The notes under the pieces: generated by a model | Databases searched by the model: none | The model's input: the letters and a program-made list of their open reading frames with translations, nothing else | Told to the model about the DNA's origin: nothing | Translations under genes and position numbers: made by a program | Assembly (NCBI GenBank): GCA_017412505.1 | Contig: JAFPXN010000044.1 | Coordinates: 3,619-67,618 of the forward strand | Direction of reading: 5' to 3' | DNA: 64,000 nucleotides | Origin: Bacillota bacterium | GTDB taxonomy: Bacteria > Bacillota > Clostridia > Peptostreptococcales > Anaerovoracaceae | Shown here: positions 25,052-35,056 of the stretch, piece by piece | Layout: each line of letters begins with the position of its first letter | Position numbering within the stretch: the first letter of the stretch is position 1

Positions 25052-27340
25052 TCAGCGGCGTGCTTTCGCCGCTTTTCTGCTGACGATCTCGGCTTCGATG
25101 AGTTTGTCCGCCATTTCCTGCGTGCCGAGCACCCAGATGGAATCGCCGGCAGCGATGATCGTATGGACGTCCGGCGTCGGGATCGGCAGCATGTTGCGCT
25201 GCAGACCCAGGATCATACAGTCGTAATCACGGCGCAGTCCGCAGTCCCGGATAGTCTTTCCCGCGAGGGAAGAGGTCTTGTCGACGAGAATGGGGAAGGA
25301 GTAGAGATTCGAATCCGCGCTCTCGTTTTCTTCCATGTACTCCCGCAGCGTCTGCTGCGCAGGCTGTTCCCAGCCTCCGAGGCGGCTGTAGAGGGTCGCG
25401 ATATTGTCGGATTCCCCGATGACGGTGATGTCGTCGCCTTCGTGCAGCACCGCGTCTCCGTCCGGCATCATCAGTTGACGGTCTCCCTGGACCAGTTTGA
25501 TGATGTTCACGTCGTAGCGTTTGCCCCAGCCCAGTTCCTTCAGGGATTTTCCCGCAATATTATATGCCGGGAAGACGATGAAATGCGCGACGTGAAGGCG
25601 TTCGTCGAGCATGTCGGATACGCTCAGCACGTCGTTGTTCTCCAGGCTGCGCTCGTTGAAATTCGCGATGAAGCGCGCTTCCGCGTTCAGGTAGAGGCTC
25701 GCCAGGCGGCTGGAACGGGAGACCAGGATCAGCGCGGCGCCGATGAAGGGCAGGAGGGCAAGCCCGGAGGCGCCAGCGACCCGGCGCAGCGGAATGAAGG
25801 CGATCAGCAGCAGGATCGCGATCCGTATGCCGGTCAGCACCATCAGGGACGCCCGGTAGAGGCCTCCCTGCACCCAGAGCTTCGTGTAATCGAAGGAATG
25901 CGTATCCATGAACGGCCGGATGAACAGCGCCATGGCGAGATAGATCAGCACGAGCGTGATGAGCTTTGCTATCTTGGTGTCCGCGATGACCTGCGACAGC
26001 AGCGGCAGCACGAAATAATGTCCCAGGATCGTGCAGGCCAGCATCAGGATGCCGTAGACCAGCGTGATGCGGACGTAGCGCTTCAGATAGGCCGTCCAGG
26101 CCGTATCCTGCTTCAGTTCGCTTTCCGCAGTCTCTTCCTTGTCGATCTTCGCCAGGAATTTGCCGGGCAGGATGCGCTGCAGCAGATGGTAGACTTTTTC
26201 CGAGCCCTTGATGCAGTAGGGCGTCGTCAGCGTCGTCAGAACGGAGACCGCTACGATGATGGGATAGACGTAGTCCGCGATGACGCCGAGGGACATGCCC
26301 AGCGACGCGATGATGAAGGCGAATTCTCCGATTTGTGCCAGCGATGTGCCGCAGCGCACGGCGAAGTGCAGCCCGTGACCCGACAGCAGCACGCCCAGCG
26401 TGGAGCAGAGGGACTGTCCGAACACCACGACGACGCTGATGATCAGGATGGGGATCTTGTATTTGACGATCATGGCCGGGTCGATCATCATGCCTACGGA
26501 GATGAAAAAGACCGTGCCGAACAGGTCCTTGATGCCGTTCGTGATGTGTTCCACCCGTTCCGCGTGGACGGTCCCCGCCAGCAGGGACCCCGCGAGGAAC
26601 GCGCCGAGCGCCGAGGAGAAGCCCAGTTTATCCGCCAGCAGCACCATGCCGAAGCAGATGCCCAGAGAGACGATCAGAAGGGTCTCGTCGGTCATGAGCT
26701 TCGTTGCCTTGCGCATGATAGTGGGAAGGAAGTAGATGCCCAGCACGAGCCAGATGATCAGGTAGAGCACCAGCATGGACAGCTGCAGCGCAAGATCCAT
26801 GCCGGAGATGTTCTTGGAAACGGAGATCGTGGACAGGATGATCATCATGAAGATGCCGGCGATGTCCTCGACGACGAGGATGCCGAACACCAGCTGGGCG
26901 AAATTCTCTTTCTCTACGCCCAGCTCCGAGAACGCTTTGATGATGATGGTCGTGGAACTCATGGAAAGCATGCCGCCGAGGAAAATGGAGTCCATGTTCC
27001 CCCAGCCGAGCGCGAGCCCTGTCAGATATCCGAGGGTCAGCATGCCGGCCACCACCGTCGTGGCGGTGATGATCGCCCCGGCGCCGACGCTCATCAGCTT
27101 TTTAAAGCTGAATTCCAGACCCAGGCAGAACATCAGCACGATGATGCCGATCTCGCTCCAGGTCTCGATGGACGCAGTATCCTGCGCCGTAAAGAAATAG
27201 GGCAGATAAGGCCCGATCAGGAAGCCGGACAGGATGTAGCCCAGGATGAGGGGCTGGTTGATCTTTTTAAAGATGACGGTGACGACGCCCGCGGTCAGCA
27301 GAATGACCGCAAGGTCGGTGATAAGAGCGGGTAAATGCAT
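25052..27340 (-). CDS. CPA2-family monovalent cation:proton antiporter with two C-terminal RCK_C/TrkA-C domains
   Basis: N-terminus LAVILLTAGVVTVIFKKINQPLILGYILSGFLIGPY, about 12 TM segments, and a soluble tail with a duplicated TrkA-C-like region (GDSIWVLG, GDDITVIG). Confidence 0.85.
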   Translation of the reverse strand: MHLPALITDLAVILLTAGVVTVIFKKINQPLILGYILSGFLIGPYLPYFFTAQDTASIETWSEIGIIVLMFCLGLEFSFKKLMSVGAGAIITATTVVAGMLTLGYLTGLALGWGNMDSIFLGGMLSMSSTTIIIKAFSELGVEKENFAQLVFGILVVEDIAGIFMMIILSTISVSKNISGMDLALQLSMLVLYLIIWLVLGIYFLPTIMRKATKLMTDETLLIVSLGICFGMVLLADKLGFSSALGAFLAGSLLAGTVHAERVEHITNGIKDLFGTVFFISVGMMIDPAMIVKYKIPILIISVVVVFGQSLCSTLGVLLSGHGLHFAVRCGTSLAQIGEFAFIIASLGMSLGVIADYVYPIIVAVSVLTTLTTPYCIKGSEKVYHLLQRILPGKFLAKIDKEETAESELKQDTAWTAYLKRYVRITLVYGILMLACTILGHYFVLPLLSQVIADTKIAKLITLVLIYLAMALFIRPFMDTHSFDYTKLWVQGGLYRASLMVLTGIRIAILLLIAFIPLRRVAGASGLALLPFIGAALILVSRSSRLASLYLNAEARFIANFNERSLENNDVLSVSDMLDERLHVAHFIVFPAYNIAGKSLKELGWGKRYDVNIIKLVQGDRQLMMPDGDAVLHEGDDITVIGESDNIATLYSRLGGWEQPAQQTLREYMEENESADSNLYSFPILVDKTSSLAGKTIRDCGLRRDYDCMILGLQRNMLPIPTPDVHTIIAAGDSIWVLGTQEMADKLIEAEIVSRKAAKARR

Positions 27341-27358
27341 GGCTTTCTCCGGAATGGT

Positions 27359-27868
27359 TTACTGTTCTTCGGATTCTTTCAGGAAATTCATCTGCACGTA
27401 GTACTTGCAGGCGAAGGACAGGGCGAAGTTCTCCATCAGGTATTTCTGCTCCCTGCCGGCGATGTGGTTGTCCTTGATGTGAACTTCACCGCTGAATACG
27501 GCGCTCACCGCGTTCTCGATGGCTTCGCAGAAGCGGTTGTACGTGGTCTCGCGGCCTGCTTCGAGGTCGAGGCCCATGCGGATCAGTTTGCCCACGTCCT
27601 CCGTCTCATAGCAGCTCTTCAGAATATATACGACGATGATCATGGCGACGGACACCCGCGGATAGCGCTTGTTGACCGGCGCCTGCACGATGCGGGCTTT
27701 GACGTAGTTGTTGATCATGTTCTTCGTGACCGGCGCGATGCCGACGCTGCCGAAGAAGCCGCCCAGACTGCCGTTGATCAGCGTGATGACTTGCTCCATA
27801 TACAGATCGACCGCTGGGAGCTGCTCCCAACGGGGGATATGGAACGCTGCGGCCTGTGTTTTCTCCAT
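27359..27868 (-). CDS. DUF1836 domain protein
   Basis: IPRWEQLPAVDLYMEQVITLIN..VTKNMINNYVK motif. The start at 27868 is preceded by AGGAGG. Confidence 0.65.
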   Translation of the reverse strand: MEKTQAAAFHIPRWEQLPAVDLYMEQVITLINGSLGGFFGSVGIAPVTKNMINNYVKARIVQAPVNKRYPRVSVAMIIVVYILKSCYETEDVGKLIRMGLDLEAGRETTYNRFCEAIENAVSAVFSGEVHIKDNHIAGREQKYLMENFALSFACKYYVQMNFLKESEEQ

Positions 27869-28034
27869 GGTTTTCCTCCTGTTGTACAACATATAATTAT
27901 ATCATTCCGTTATTTTTGCGTAAAGATTGACACGGTCAAGAATACAAAGTAACATAGTGTTCAATACTACGTGCTTTTGTGGTATAATAAATAAGTTATT
28001 AGTCCCCATCGAAAGTAATATAGAGGAGTTTATC

Positions 28035-29834
28035 ATGATCTATACTCAGAGAGGTCTGGATTGGGCGATGGATTTCATCGACCGGATCAATGCCGACCCC
28101 AGCAAATATGTTATGTACAAGCAAAGCCGTCCCATCGCGAACCTGAAGCACATGATGGTGACGACCGTGGACCTTTACCCCGGCAATACGGCTTTCATGA
28201 TGAAGTTCCCGGGCGATAAGACATATACGTCCATCACGTTCGCGCAGGTGCTGGAGGAGATGAACGCCCTCGGCACCGCGCTCATCGCGAGAGGCCTGAA
28301 GGGCAAGCGCATCGCGGTCTGCGGCGAGAACTGCTACTACTGGTGCCTGTCCTATCTGGCGGCGGTCAACGGCGTGGGCGTCGTCGTCCCCCTGGATAAG
28401 GAACTGCCGGACACAGACCTGAAAGGCCTTGCGACGGCGGCGGAGTGCGCCTGCGTGCTGACCACGAAGAAGCATATGGAAGCGTTCCGCGGCATGCTGG
28501 AGAATCACGAAGGCAGCGTCGAATGCGTCGTCGGCATGTACACGGAACCCGGCGGCGACGGATCCGTCCTTTCCCTGAAGGACCTGATCGAAGAAGGCAA
28601 GAAGCGGATCGCGGAAGGCGACAGAAGCTATATCGACGCGCAGATCGACGAGGAAGCCATGGGCATCCTGCTGTACACGTCCGGCACGACGGGCCTGTCC
28701 AAAGGGGTCATGCTGTCGCATAAGAACATCTGCGCCGACCTGATGAGCTCGCCGAACCTGCTGGAAGTGAAGCCCACCGACATCTTCTTCAACGTGCTGC
28801 CGCTGCATCACACCTATGCCTGCACCTGCGACTTCCTGATGCCCATGTACAAGGGCACCTGCGTCGCGTTCTGCGAAGGCCTGAAGTATATCCAGAAGAA
28901 TCTGAAGGAAGTGCAGCCCACGTTCTTCCTGGGCGTTCCCGCCATCTTCGAGAGCCTGTACAAGGCGATCAACAAGAACATCAAGAAGCAGGGCAAGGAG
29001 AAGACCGTCGCCAAGCTCCTGAAGATCAACCGCTTTACGAAGAAGATCGGTCTCGACCTGGTGCCGAAGTTCATGGGACAGATCCTGGACGTTTTCGGCG
29101 GACGGATGAAGACCATCATCGCCGGCGGCGCCGCCATGGACCCTGTCATCACGAACTTCTTCCTGGATCTGGGCTTTAAGGCGGTCCAGGGCTACGGCCT
29201 GACGGAATGCTCGCCCATCGCCGCGCTCAACCCCGACAAGCGCGAGATGGCCAATCCCGCCGCGGCGGGCCGCGTGCTGCCCAACACCCAGGCGAAGATC
29301 GTCGACGCCGGCGAAGACGGCAACGGCGAGATCTGCATCAAGGGCGACCACGTCATGCTGGGCTACTACCAGATGCCGGAACAGACGGCGGAAGTGCTGA
29401 TCGACGGCTGGTACCACACCGGCGACCTGGGATACATCGACGAGAACGATTTCATCTTCATCACCGGCCGCAAGAAGAACGTCATCATCACCGCGAACGG
29501 AAAGAACGTCTATCCGGAAGAACTGGAATACAAGCTGTCCCTCAGCCCGTACGTGGCGGAATCCATGGTCTGGGCCGCGGAGGACGAGCAGGGTCACGAC
29601 AGCAGCATCGTCGCGACGATCATTCCCGACAAGGAAGAGGTCGAAAACGCGCTGGGCAAGGACGCTCCGGCGGACAAGGTGCTGGAGCTGCTGCAGGGCG
29701 AGGTCAACAAGCTGAACGATCAGGAGCCGCTGTTCAAGCAGATCCGCAGAGTCGTTCTGCGTACGGAGCCCTTCGTCAAGAATACTTCCGCGAAGATCAA
29801 GAGATTCGAAGCGGACAACAAGAGACTGAACTGA
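28035..29834 (+). CDS. AMP-dependent synthetase/ligase (long-chain fatty-acid-CoA ligase-like)
   Basis: LLYTSGTTGLSKGVMLSH (AMP-binding motif I), GYGLTE and TGDLGYIDENDFIFITGRKKN. ATG 28035 is preceded by AGGAG. Confidence 0.85.
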   Translation: MIYTQRGLDWAMDFIDRINADPSKYVMYKQSRPIANLKHMMVTTVDLYPGNTAFMMKFPGDKTYTSITFAQVLEEMNALGTALIARGLKGKRIAVCGENCYYWCLSYLAAVNGVGVVVPLDKELPDTDLKGLATAAECACVLTTKKHMEAFRGMLENHEGSVECVVGMYTEPGGDGSVLSLKDLIEEGKKRIAEGDRSYIDAQIDEEAMGILLYTSGTTGLSKGVMLSHKNICADLMSSPNLLEVKPTDIFFNVLPLHHTYACTCDFLMPMYKGTCVAFCEGLKYIQKNLKEVQPTFFLGVPAIFESLYKAINKNIKKQGKEKTVAKLLKINRFTKKIGLDLVPKFMGQILDVFGGRMKTIIAGGAAMDPVITNFFLDLGFKAVQGYGLTECSPIAALNPDKREMANPAAAGRVLPNTQAKIVDAGEDGNGEICIKGDHVMLGYYQMPEQTAEVLIDGWYHTGDLGYIDENDFIFITGRKKNVIITANGKNVYPEELEYKLSLSPYVAESMVWAAEDEQGHDSSIVATIIPDKEEVENALGKDAPADKVLELLQGEVNKLNDQEPLFKQIRRVVLRTEPFVKNTSAKIKRFEADNKRLN

Positions 29835-29849
29835 AGATCCGTTTTATGA

Positions 29850-29873
29850 GCCCGGCGTCGCGCCGGGCTTTTT
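29850..29873 (+). terminator. Intrinsic terminator after the acyl-CoA ligase gene
   Basis: GCCCGGCG-UCG-CGCCGGGC followed by UUUUU. Confidence 0.75.
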
Positions 29874-29927
29874 GTTTGCCGGGTCATACAAGTGCCAGAT
29901 GGGGAAAATCTTTGGTATAATAGCATT

Positions 29928-31358
29928 ATGAAAAGAATCGTTTCCTGGATCCTCATAACGGTCATGATGATCTGCTGCGCGGGCTGCACTTCCGGAGAAC
30001 AGAAGCCGGAAGAGCTTTCGGCGGGGTTTTATGTTGCGGATGAAAACGAGCTGTACCTGTGGGAGAACGGCGTCGGCATGCTCGTGACGCAGCAGAGCGG
30101 CAGCGAAAACGGCGCGCTGGTGACGCGGGCCTCCTATAACGGGATCTCCTGGACGCCGGATTCGCTGCGGATCGAGCGGGAGGACATACCGTTCGGTCTG
30201 CAGCAAAGCAAAACGGATCCGGAGAAGACTGTGCTGGAATTCGTCTTCGGCGGGACGCAGTTTCGCTTTGTGCTTGCGGCAGATCCTTCCGCAATGCCGG
30301 TCTTCTGGGGTCCCGACGGGTCCGATGGCGCGGAGATCCCCGGGTCCTATCTGGGAGAGGCCGGAGAAGAGGCTGTGTTTTATGAGGATGGTACGGGAGT
30401 TCTGAAAGCGGATGGCGCGGAGACGCCTTTCTGCTGGGGCGTCCATAACATCACGTTCCTGATCATAGACAGCTTTTTGAGCAATCTGGATCTTTCCGCC
30501 GGGTGCATCTCCTTCACGACCGGTCTGGAACCGGCATTTACCATGGAGTCCGAGGAGGTCGTACGGGAGAGGGAGGCGTATCTGCCCCTGGGCAACGCCG
30601 GAGAACTCGATGGCAGGATCGTTGTCTTTACGGTCTTTGCGAGCGGATCCGATTACCGCTGGGACTTTTCGAAACAGGAAGACGCAGATCGAAAGAATAA
30701 ATGTCTGAAAGACCTCTCGGAAGCGACAGTGTATCTGACGGAGAACGCTGCGCTGTACGGCAGGAACGCGGAGTTTCTCTACGATTGGACCGCGGATCCG
30801 CGGCTTGCTGTCGAATATGAGGCAAATTACCCGATGGCGAATTCCGCGAAGACCAAATCCGTCGCGTACGAATTGGCGCCGGCAAGGCAGCTGAAAGAGC
30901 AGTACGATGCCGATCAGGTCATCTACCTGTTCATCGTAAACACGGACTATGAAAACGAGCAGAGGTCCCATGCGAATTCCTATGACCCGGATAAGATCGA
31001 GGGAAAGGCGGCGCTGACAGACCTGATCGAGTACGTGAAGATCGATCTGCGCTATTCCCGCGAAGGGGAAACGTGGGACGCACAATCTTCCACGTACGCG
31101 CACGAGATCCTTCACCTGTTCGGCGTGCCGGACCTGTACAAGGCCGGCCCTCTGATCACGCAGGAATACGCGGATCATATGGACGCCGTGATGCGCACCG
31201 CGCCGCATCCGGATATCATGTACGGCGGCGTAGCCGGTTGGAGCGCGTGGGATCACGCATTTTCCGGCGTGGACGCCTATTATGCCGGCCTGACGGATCA
31301 CTGTGAAGACGTCGAGGCATACGGGCTGGGGAAGAGCCAGCACAGGACAGACCAATGA
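29928..31358 (+). CDS. Lipoprotein with an HExxH zinc-metalloprotease-like motif
   Basis: MKRIVSWILITVMMICCAGC lipobox. YAHEILHLFGVPDLY lies near the C-terminal third. Confidence 0.55.
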   Translation: MKRIVSWILITVMMICCAGCTSGEQKPEELSAGFYVADENELYLWENGVGMLVTQQSGSENGALVTRASYNGISWTPDSLRIEREDIPFGLQQSKTDPEKTVLEFVFGGTQFRFVLAADPSAMPVFWGPDGSDGAEIPGSYLGEAGEEAVFYEDGTGVLKADGAETPFCWGVHNITFLIIDSFLSNLDLSAGCISFTTGLEPAFTMESEEVVREREAYLPLGNAGELDGRIVVFTVFASGSDYRWDFSKQEDADRKNKCLKDLSEATVYLTENAALYGRNAEFLYDWTADPRLAVEYEANYPMANSAKTKSVAYELAPARQLKEQYDADQVIYLFIVNTDYENEQRSHANSYDPDKIEGKAALTDLIEYVKIDLRYSREGETWDAQSSTYAHEILHLFGVPDLYKAGPLITQEYADHMDAVMRTAPHPDIMYGGVAGWSAWDHAFSGVDAYYAGLTDHCEDVEAYGLGKSQHRTDQ

Positions 31359-32299
31359 GCAAATACGACATAGTATTCATCGGAACAGCGATCGTCGACG
31401 CGATCCTGAAGGGTTTTGACCCGAAGCCCGTCTCTGCGACAGGTTACCGGGCGGACAGCTGTTCCCTGCACGCGGGCGGCGAAGCCGTCAACGGGGCGAT
31501 CGCTGCCGCCAAACTGGGCATGAAGACGGCGATCCTCTGCGCGCTGGGCAAAGACGCGGCAGGGAACATGATCGAGGCGCAGCTGGCTGCAAACGGCGTG
31601 GACACGAGCCTGATCGTGCGGTCTGCCGATCATCCCACGCCTGTCACGGCGATGTTCGTGGCGGAGGACGGCAGCCGCAGGTCGATCACGAACAAGGCGC
31701 ACCGGTACAACTTTCATCCGGAGCGATACGCAGATGCGATGACGGACGCCGGAGCGGTCGTGCTTGGCTCGCTGTTCCGGACTCCGTTCGATGACCCTGA
31801 GGTGGTCCTTCAGATCGTGGAAACTGCACATGCGAAGGGTGTTCCCGTCTTTGCGGACACGAAACTTCCGAACTTCACGAAACTCAGGCTCGAAGACCTC
31901 GCGGATTCCCTGCCGTTGATCGACTGTATCACGCCGAACGAAGACGAAGCCCGTTATTACAGCGGAGAGGACGACCCGGAAAAGATGGCGGACGTCTTCC
32001 TGGACGCGGGCGTGGGCAGTGTGATCATTAAACTCGGCGGCAAGGGGTGTCTGTTCAAGAATAGGGAACGCTCGCTGTATCTGCCGGCCTGTCCCATCGC
32101 CGCGGTCGACGCGTCTGGCGCGGGAGACAACTTCCTGGCAGGCTACGTTTCCGAGATCTTGCGAGGGAGCAGCGTCGACCAGGCCTTGACCTTTGCGAAC
32201 GCCTGCGGCGCGATCTGTACGACGGCAGTCGGCGCCTGCACGGCGCTGCAGGACAGGCAGCAGGTGGAGGAATTCATAAAAAAAATGTCAGAGAAATAA
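31355..32299 (+). CDS. PfkB-family carbohydrate kinase
   Basis: The C-terminal signature DASGAGDNFLAGY and ribokinase-like length. The start overlaps the upstream stop. Confidence 0.8.
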   Translation: MSKYDIVFIGTAIVDAILKGFDPKPVSATGYRADSCSLHAGGEAVNGAIAAAKLGMKTAILCALGKDAAGNMIEAQLAANGVDTSLIVRSADHPTPVTAMFVAEDGSRRSITNKAHRYNFHPERYADAMTDAGAVVLGSLFRTPFDDPEVVLQIVETAHAKGVPVFADTKLPNFTKLRLEDLADSLPLIDCITPNEDEARYYSGEDDPEKMADVFLDAGVGSVIIKLGGKGCLFKNRERSLYLPACPIAAVDASGAGDNFLAGYVSEILRGSSVDQALTFANACGAICTTAVGACTALQDRQQVEEFIKKMSEK

Positions 32300-32310
32300 A
32301 AGAACAGGGA

Positions 32311-33699
32311 TCACAGAGAAGAGGGCTGCCCGTTTTCCGCGGGCAGTCTTTTGTATATGCGGAAATACATGACGATGCAGCAGAGGCTGGCCCCGATGAT
32401 CTGGGACAGCATCTCCGCGTAGAACACGCCCATGACGCCGAAGCCGACGCGCGGCAGCAGGATCGTGAGAGGCACGATCAGGAACAGCTTGCGCAGCATG
32501 GAGAAGAACACCGCGTATTTCGGCTTGTTGAGCGCGACGAACGTGTTCTGTCCGCCCATCTGGAAACTCATCATGAAATAGGCGGCGTAGTAGATGTGCA
32601 GGCAGGGGATGGCCGTTTCGATCAGCGCGGCGTCGTTCGTGAACATGCGGATGAGCTGCGCCGGATGGGTGAACACGACGATCCAGGCGATCACGTTGTA
32701 GGTAAGCGCAGCCGCGATCATAAAGCGGATGGCCTTCTTGACCCGGTCGTAATTCCGGGCGCCGTAATTGTAGCTCATGACGGGAACGGAAGCCTGATTG
32801 ATGCCGCTGATCGGCTGGCTGATGACTTCCCGCATGGAATTGATGATGGAAAACGCGCCGATGTACAGCGTGCTGGCTGCGCCGCCGAACGTCTTCAGCG
32901 TCAGGTTGACGACCGTCTGCGCCACGCTGTTGGAGAACTTGAACATAAAGCCCGTCACGCCGAGCTTCAGGATGCGGGGCACTTCCAGCATGTCCAGATG
33001 GAGCCTCTGGATGGGCAGCAGGGTCTTGTTCCCGGTCAAAAACCGGATGACCCAGACAGAACTGACGAATTGGGAGATGACCGTGGCGATCGCGGCGCCT
33101 TTTACGCCCATGTGCAGCACGAAAATGAACAGGGGGTCTAGCGCGATGTTCAGGGCGGCGCCGATGACGACGGTCCCCATGCCGATCTTCGTAAAACCCA
33201 TGCCGTTGATGAAGGGGTTCATGCCGAGGCTGATCAGCACGAAGACGGTGCCGGCGACGTAGATGCGGAAATATTCCAAGGCGAAGGGCAGCGTCTCTTC
33301 ATCCCCGCCCATGGCGGCCAGGAAAGGCCCCGCGAAGAGGAAAAGGATCGCTGTCAGCAGCGCGCTGAAGATCAGCAGCATCGTGAAGGCCGTCTCCAGG
33401 ATGCGCTGTGCCCGGGCGTTGTCGCCCTCGCCCCGCGCGATGGAGCACAGGGGATTGCCGCCCGTGCCGCACAGGTTTGCGAACGCGGTGATCAGGGAAA
33501 TGAGGGGAAAGGCGATGCCGACGCCGGACAGCGCCGCCGTACCGATGCCGGGGATGTGCCCGATGAAGATGCGGTCCACAATGTTGTAGAGCACGTGGAC
33601 GATCTCGGCCATCGCGATGGGGATACCGAGTCTTAAAACCGTTTTAGGGATGCTTCCCTGCGAAAAATCGCCTTTTTTAGGGGTTGTCTGCTGTGCCAC
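32311..33699 (-). CDS. MATE family efflux transporter
   Basis: 462 aa, 12 TM segments, and an N-terminal LRLGIPIAMAEIVHVLYNIVDRIFIGH typical of the MATE/NorM family. Confidence 0.85.
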   Translation of the reverse strand: MAQQTTPKKGDFSQGSIPKTVLRLGIPIAMAEIVHVLYNIVDRIFIGHIPGIGTAALSGVGIAFPLISLITAFANLCGTGGNPLCSIARGEGDNARAQRILETAFTMLLIFSALLTAILFLFAGPFLAAMGGDEETLPFALEYFRIYVAGTVFVLISLGMNPFINGMGFTKIGMGTVVIGAALNIALDPLFIFVLHMGVKGAAIATVISQFVSSVWVIRFLTGNKTLLPIQRLHLDMLEVPRILKLGVTGFMFKFSNSVAQTVVNLTLKTFGGAASTLYIGAFSIINSMREVISQPISGINQASVPVMSYNYGARNYDRVKKAIRFMIAAALTYNVIAWIVVFTHPAQLIRMFTNDAALIETAIPCLHIYYAAYFMMSFQMGGQNTFVALNKPKYAVFFSMLRKLFLIVPLTILLPRVGFGVMGVFYAEMLSQIIGASLCCIVMYFRIYKRLPAENGQPSSL

Positions 33700-33770
33700 C
33701 GGGGGATCTGCCTTTCTGGGTGCCTTTATTATAGCACAGAAGAACGATGGCGGCGTACCCGCCCGGAATC

Positions 33771-33827
33771 TTTACAAACCACAAGATATAGCGTACAATG
33801 ACAATATAATCGCAACATTCTTGTGGA
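33771..33827 (+). promoter_or_regulatory. nrdR promoter with NrdR-box-like sequences
   Basis: -35 TTTACA at 33771-33776 and -10 TACAAT at 33794-33799 with a 17-nt spacer. CCACAAGATATAGCGT (33779-33794) matches the NrdR-box consensus acaCwAtATaTwGtgt at 13 of 16 positions. A weaker second box lies at 33812-33827, 33 bp away. Confidence 0.35.
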
Positions 33828-33852
33828 CTATGGAACAGTCAGGAGAACGAAT

Positions 33853-34374
33853 ATGAAATGTCCGTTTTGTGAAGCCCCGGATACCAAAGTCATCGACTCC
33901 CGTCCGACCGAAGAGGGTCATGCCATCCGCCGCCGCAGAGAATGCGAAAAGTGCGGAAAACGCTTTACCACGTATGAAAAGGTGGAAGAAGTCTTCTTCA
34001 TGGTGGTCAAACGGGATGGCAGCCGCGAATCCTTCGACCGCAACAAGGTGCTGAACGGCATCGTGAGAGCCTGCGAAAAGCGCCCGGTCACCATGGAACA
34101 GATGGAATCCGTCGTGTCCGAGGTCGAAAGAGGCCTGAACAACATGATGGAGAAGGAGATCAGCAGTTCCTTCATCGGCGAGGTCGTCATGGAAAAGCTG
34201 AAGGATCTGGACGAAGTCGCCTACGTGCGGTTCGCCTCCGTCTACCGTCAGTTCAAGGACGTGAATACGTTCATCGCGGAGATCGAGAAACTGCTGGGCA
34301 CCGACGCCGGCGGCAAGCTGAAGAAATCCGCCAAGGCGCCGAAAGCTCCGGCTCTGCCCGCGGAAGAGGAGTAG
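33853..34374 (+). CDS. nrdR: Transcriptional repressor NrdR with a Lys/Ala/Pro-rich C-terminal tail
   Basis: [42 protein letters not shown] (zinc ribbon) plus an ATP-cone. Confidence 0.9.
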   Translation: MKCPFCEAPDTKVIDSRPTEEGHAIRRRRECEKCGKRFTTYEKVEEVFFMVVKRDGSRESFDRNKVLNGIVRACEKRPVTMEQMESVVSEVERGLNNMMEKEISSSFIGEVVMEKLKDLDEVAYVRFASVYRQFKDVNTFIAEIEKLLGTDAGGKLKKSAKAPKAPALPAEEE

Positions 34375-34378
34375 CTCT

Positions 34379-35041
34379 ATGCGCACCAAGACCATCGTTG
34401 CCATCGACGGACCTGCCGGCGCGGGAAAAAGCACGATCGCGAAACGGTTGGCGGCCCGCATCGGCGCGGATTATATCGATACCGGCGCCATGTACCGGGC
34501 GGTGGCGCTCAAGCTGCTCCGTACCGGTACGGACTACAAGGACCCGGAAGCCCTGCAGACCATGCTGGACGCTATGGACGTGGACTTTTCCGAAGGACAT
34601 ACGATCCTGGACGGGGAGGACGTCTCCGGTCTGATCCGCACGCCCGAGATCTCCGCGCTCGCTTCGCCTTCTTCCGGCGTGCCGGCCATCCGCTACAAGC
34701 TGACGGCGCTGCAGCAGGCCATGGGAAAGCGCAAGAGCATCGTCATGGACGGCCGCGACATCGGCACCGTCGTGTTTCCCGACGCGGATTTCAAGTTCTT
34801 CCTGACCGCATCGGCGGACGAAAGAGCCCGCCGCCGCACGGAAGAGATGCGCGCAAAAGGGGATCCTGCGGATTTCGAGACCATACGCGCGGACATCATC
34901 CAGCGGGACTATCAGGATTCCCACCGGGAATTCCGGCCGCTGCGCAAGGCGGACGGCGCTGTGGAGATCGATTCCACGGACATGAGCATCGAAAGCGTCG
35001 TGGATACCATGATGGCTTTCATCGAAGCGAGAGACCGCTGA
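34379..35041 (+). CDS. cmk: Cytidylate kinase
   Basis: IVAIDGPAGAGKSTIAKRLA..YIDTGAMYRAVAL. Confidence 0.9.
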   Translation: MRTKTIVAIDGPAGAGKSTIAKRLAARIGADYIDTGAMYRAVALKLLRTGTDYKDPEALQTMLDAMDVDFSEGHTILDGEDVSGLIRTPEISALASPSSGVPAIRYKLTALQQAMGKRKSIVMDGRDIGTVVFPDADFKFFLTASADERARRRTEEMRAKGDPADFETIRADIIQRDYQDSHREFRPLRKADGAVEIDSTDMSIESVVDTMMAFIEARDR

Positions 35042-35056
35042 CGCGGGAGGCATCCT

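Noticed and set aside
25043-27334. A 763-codon ORF on the + strand that exactly mirrors the CPA2 antiporter gene
   Set aside because: It is antisense to a gene with a clear transporter sequence. Its translation is Arg/Asp/His/Gln-rich low-complexity text with no TM segments or motifs, and it has no RBS. Stop-free antisense frames are expected in GC3-rich genes.
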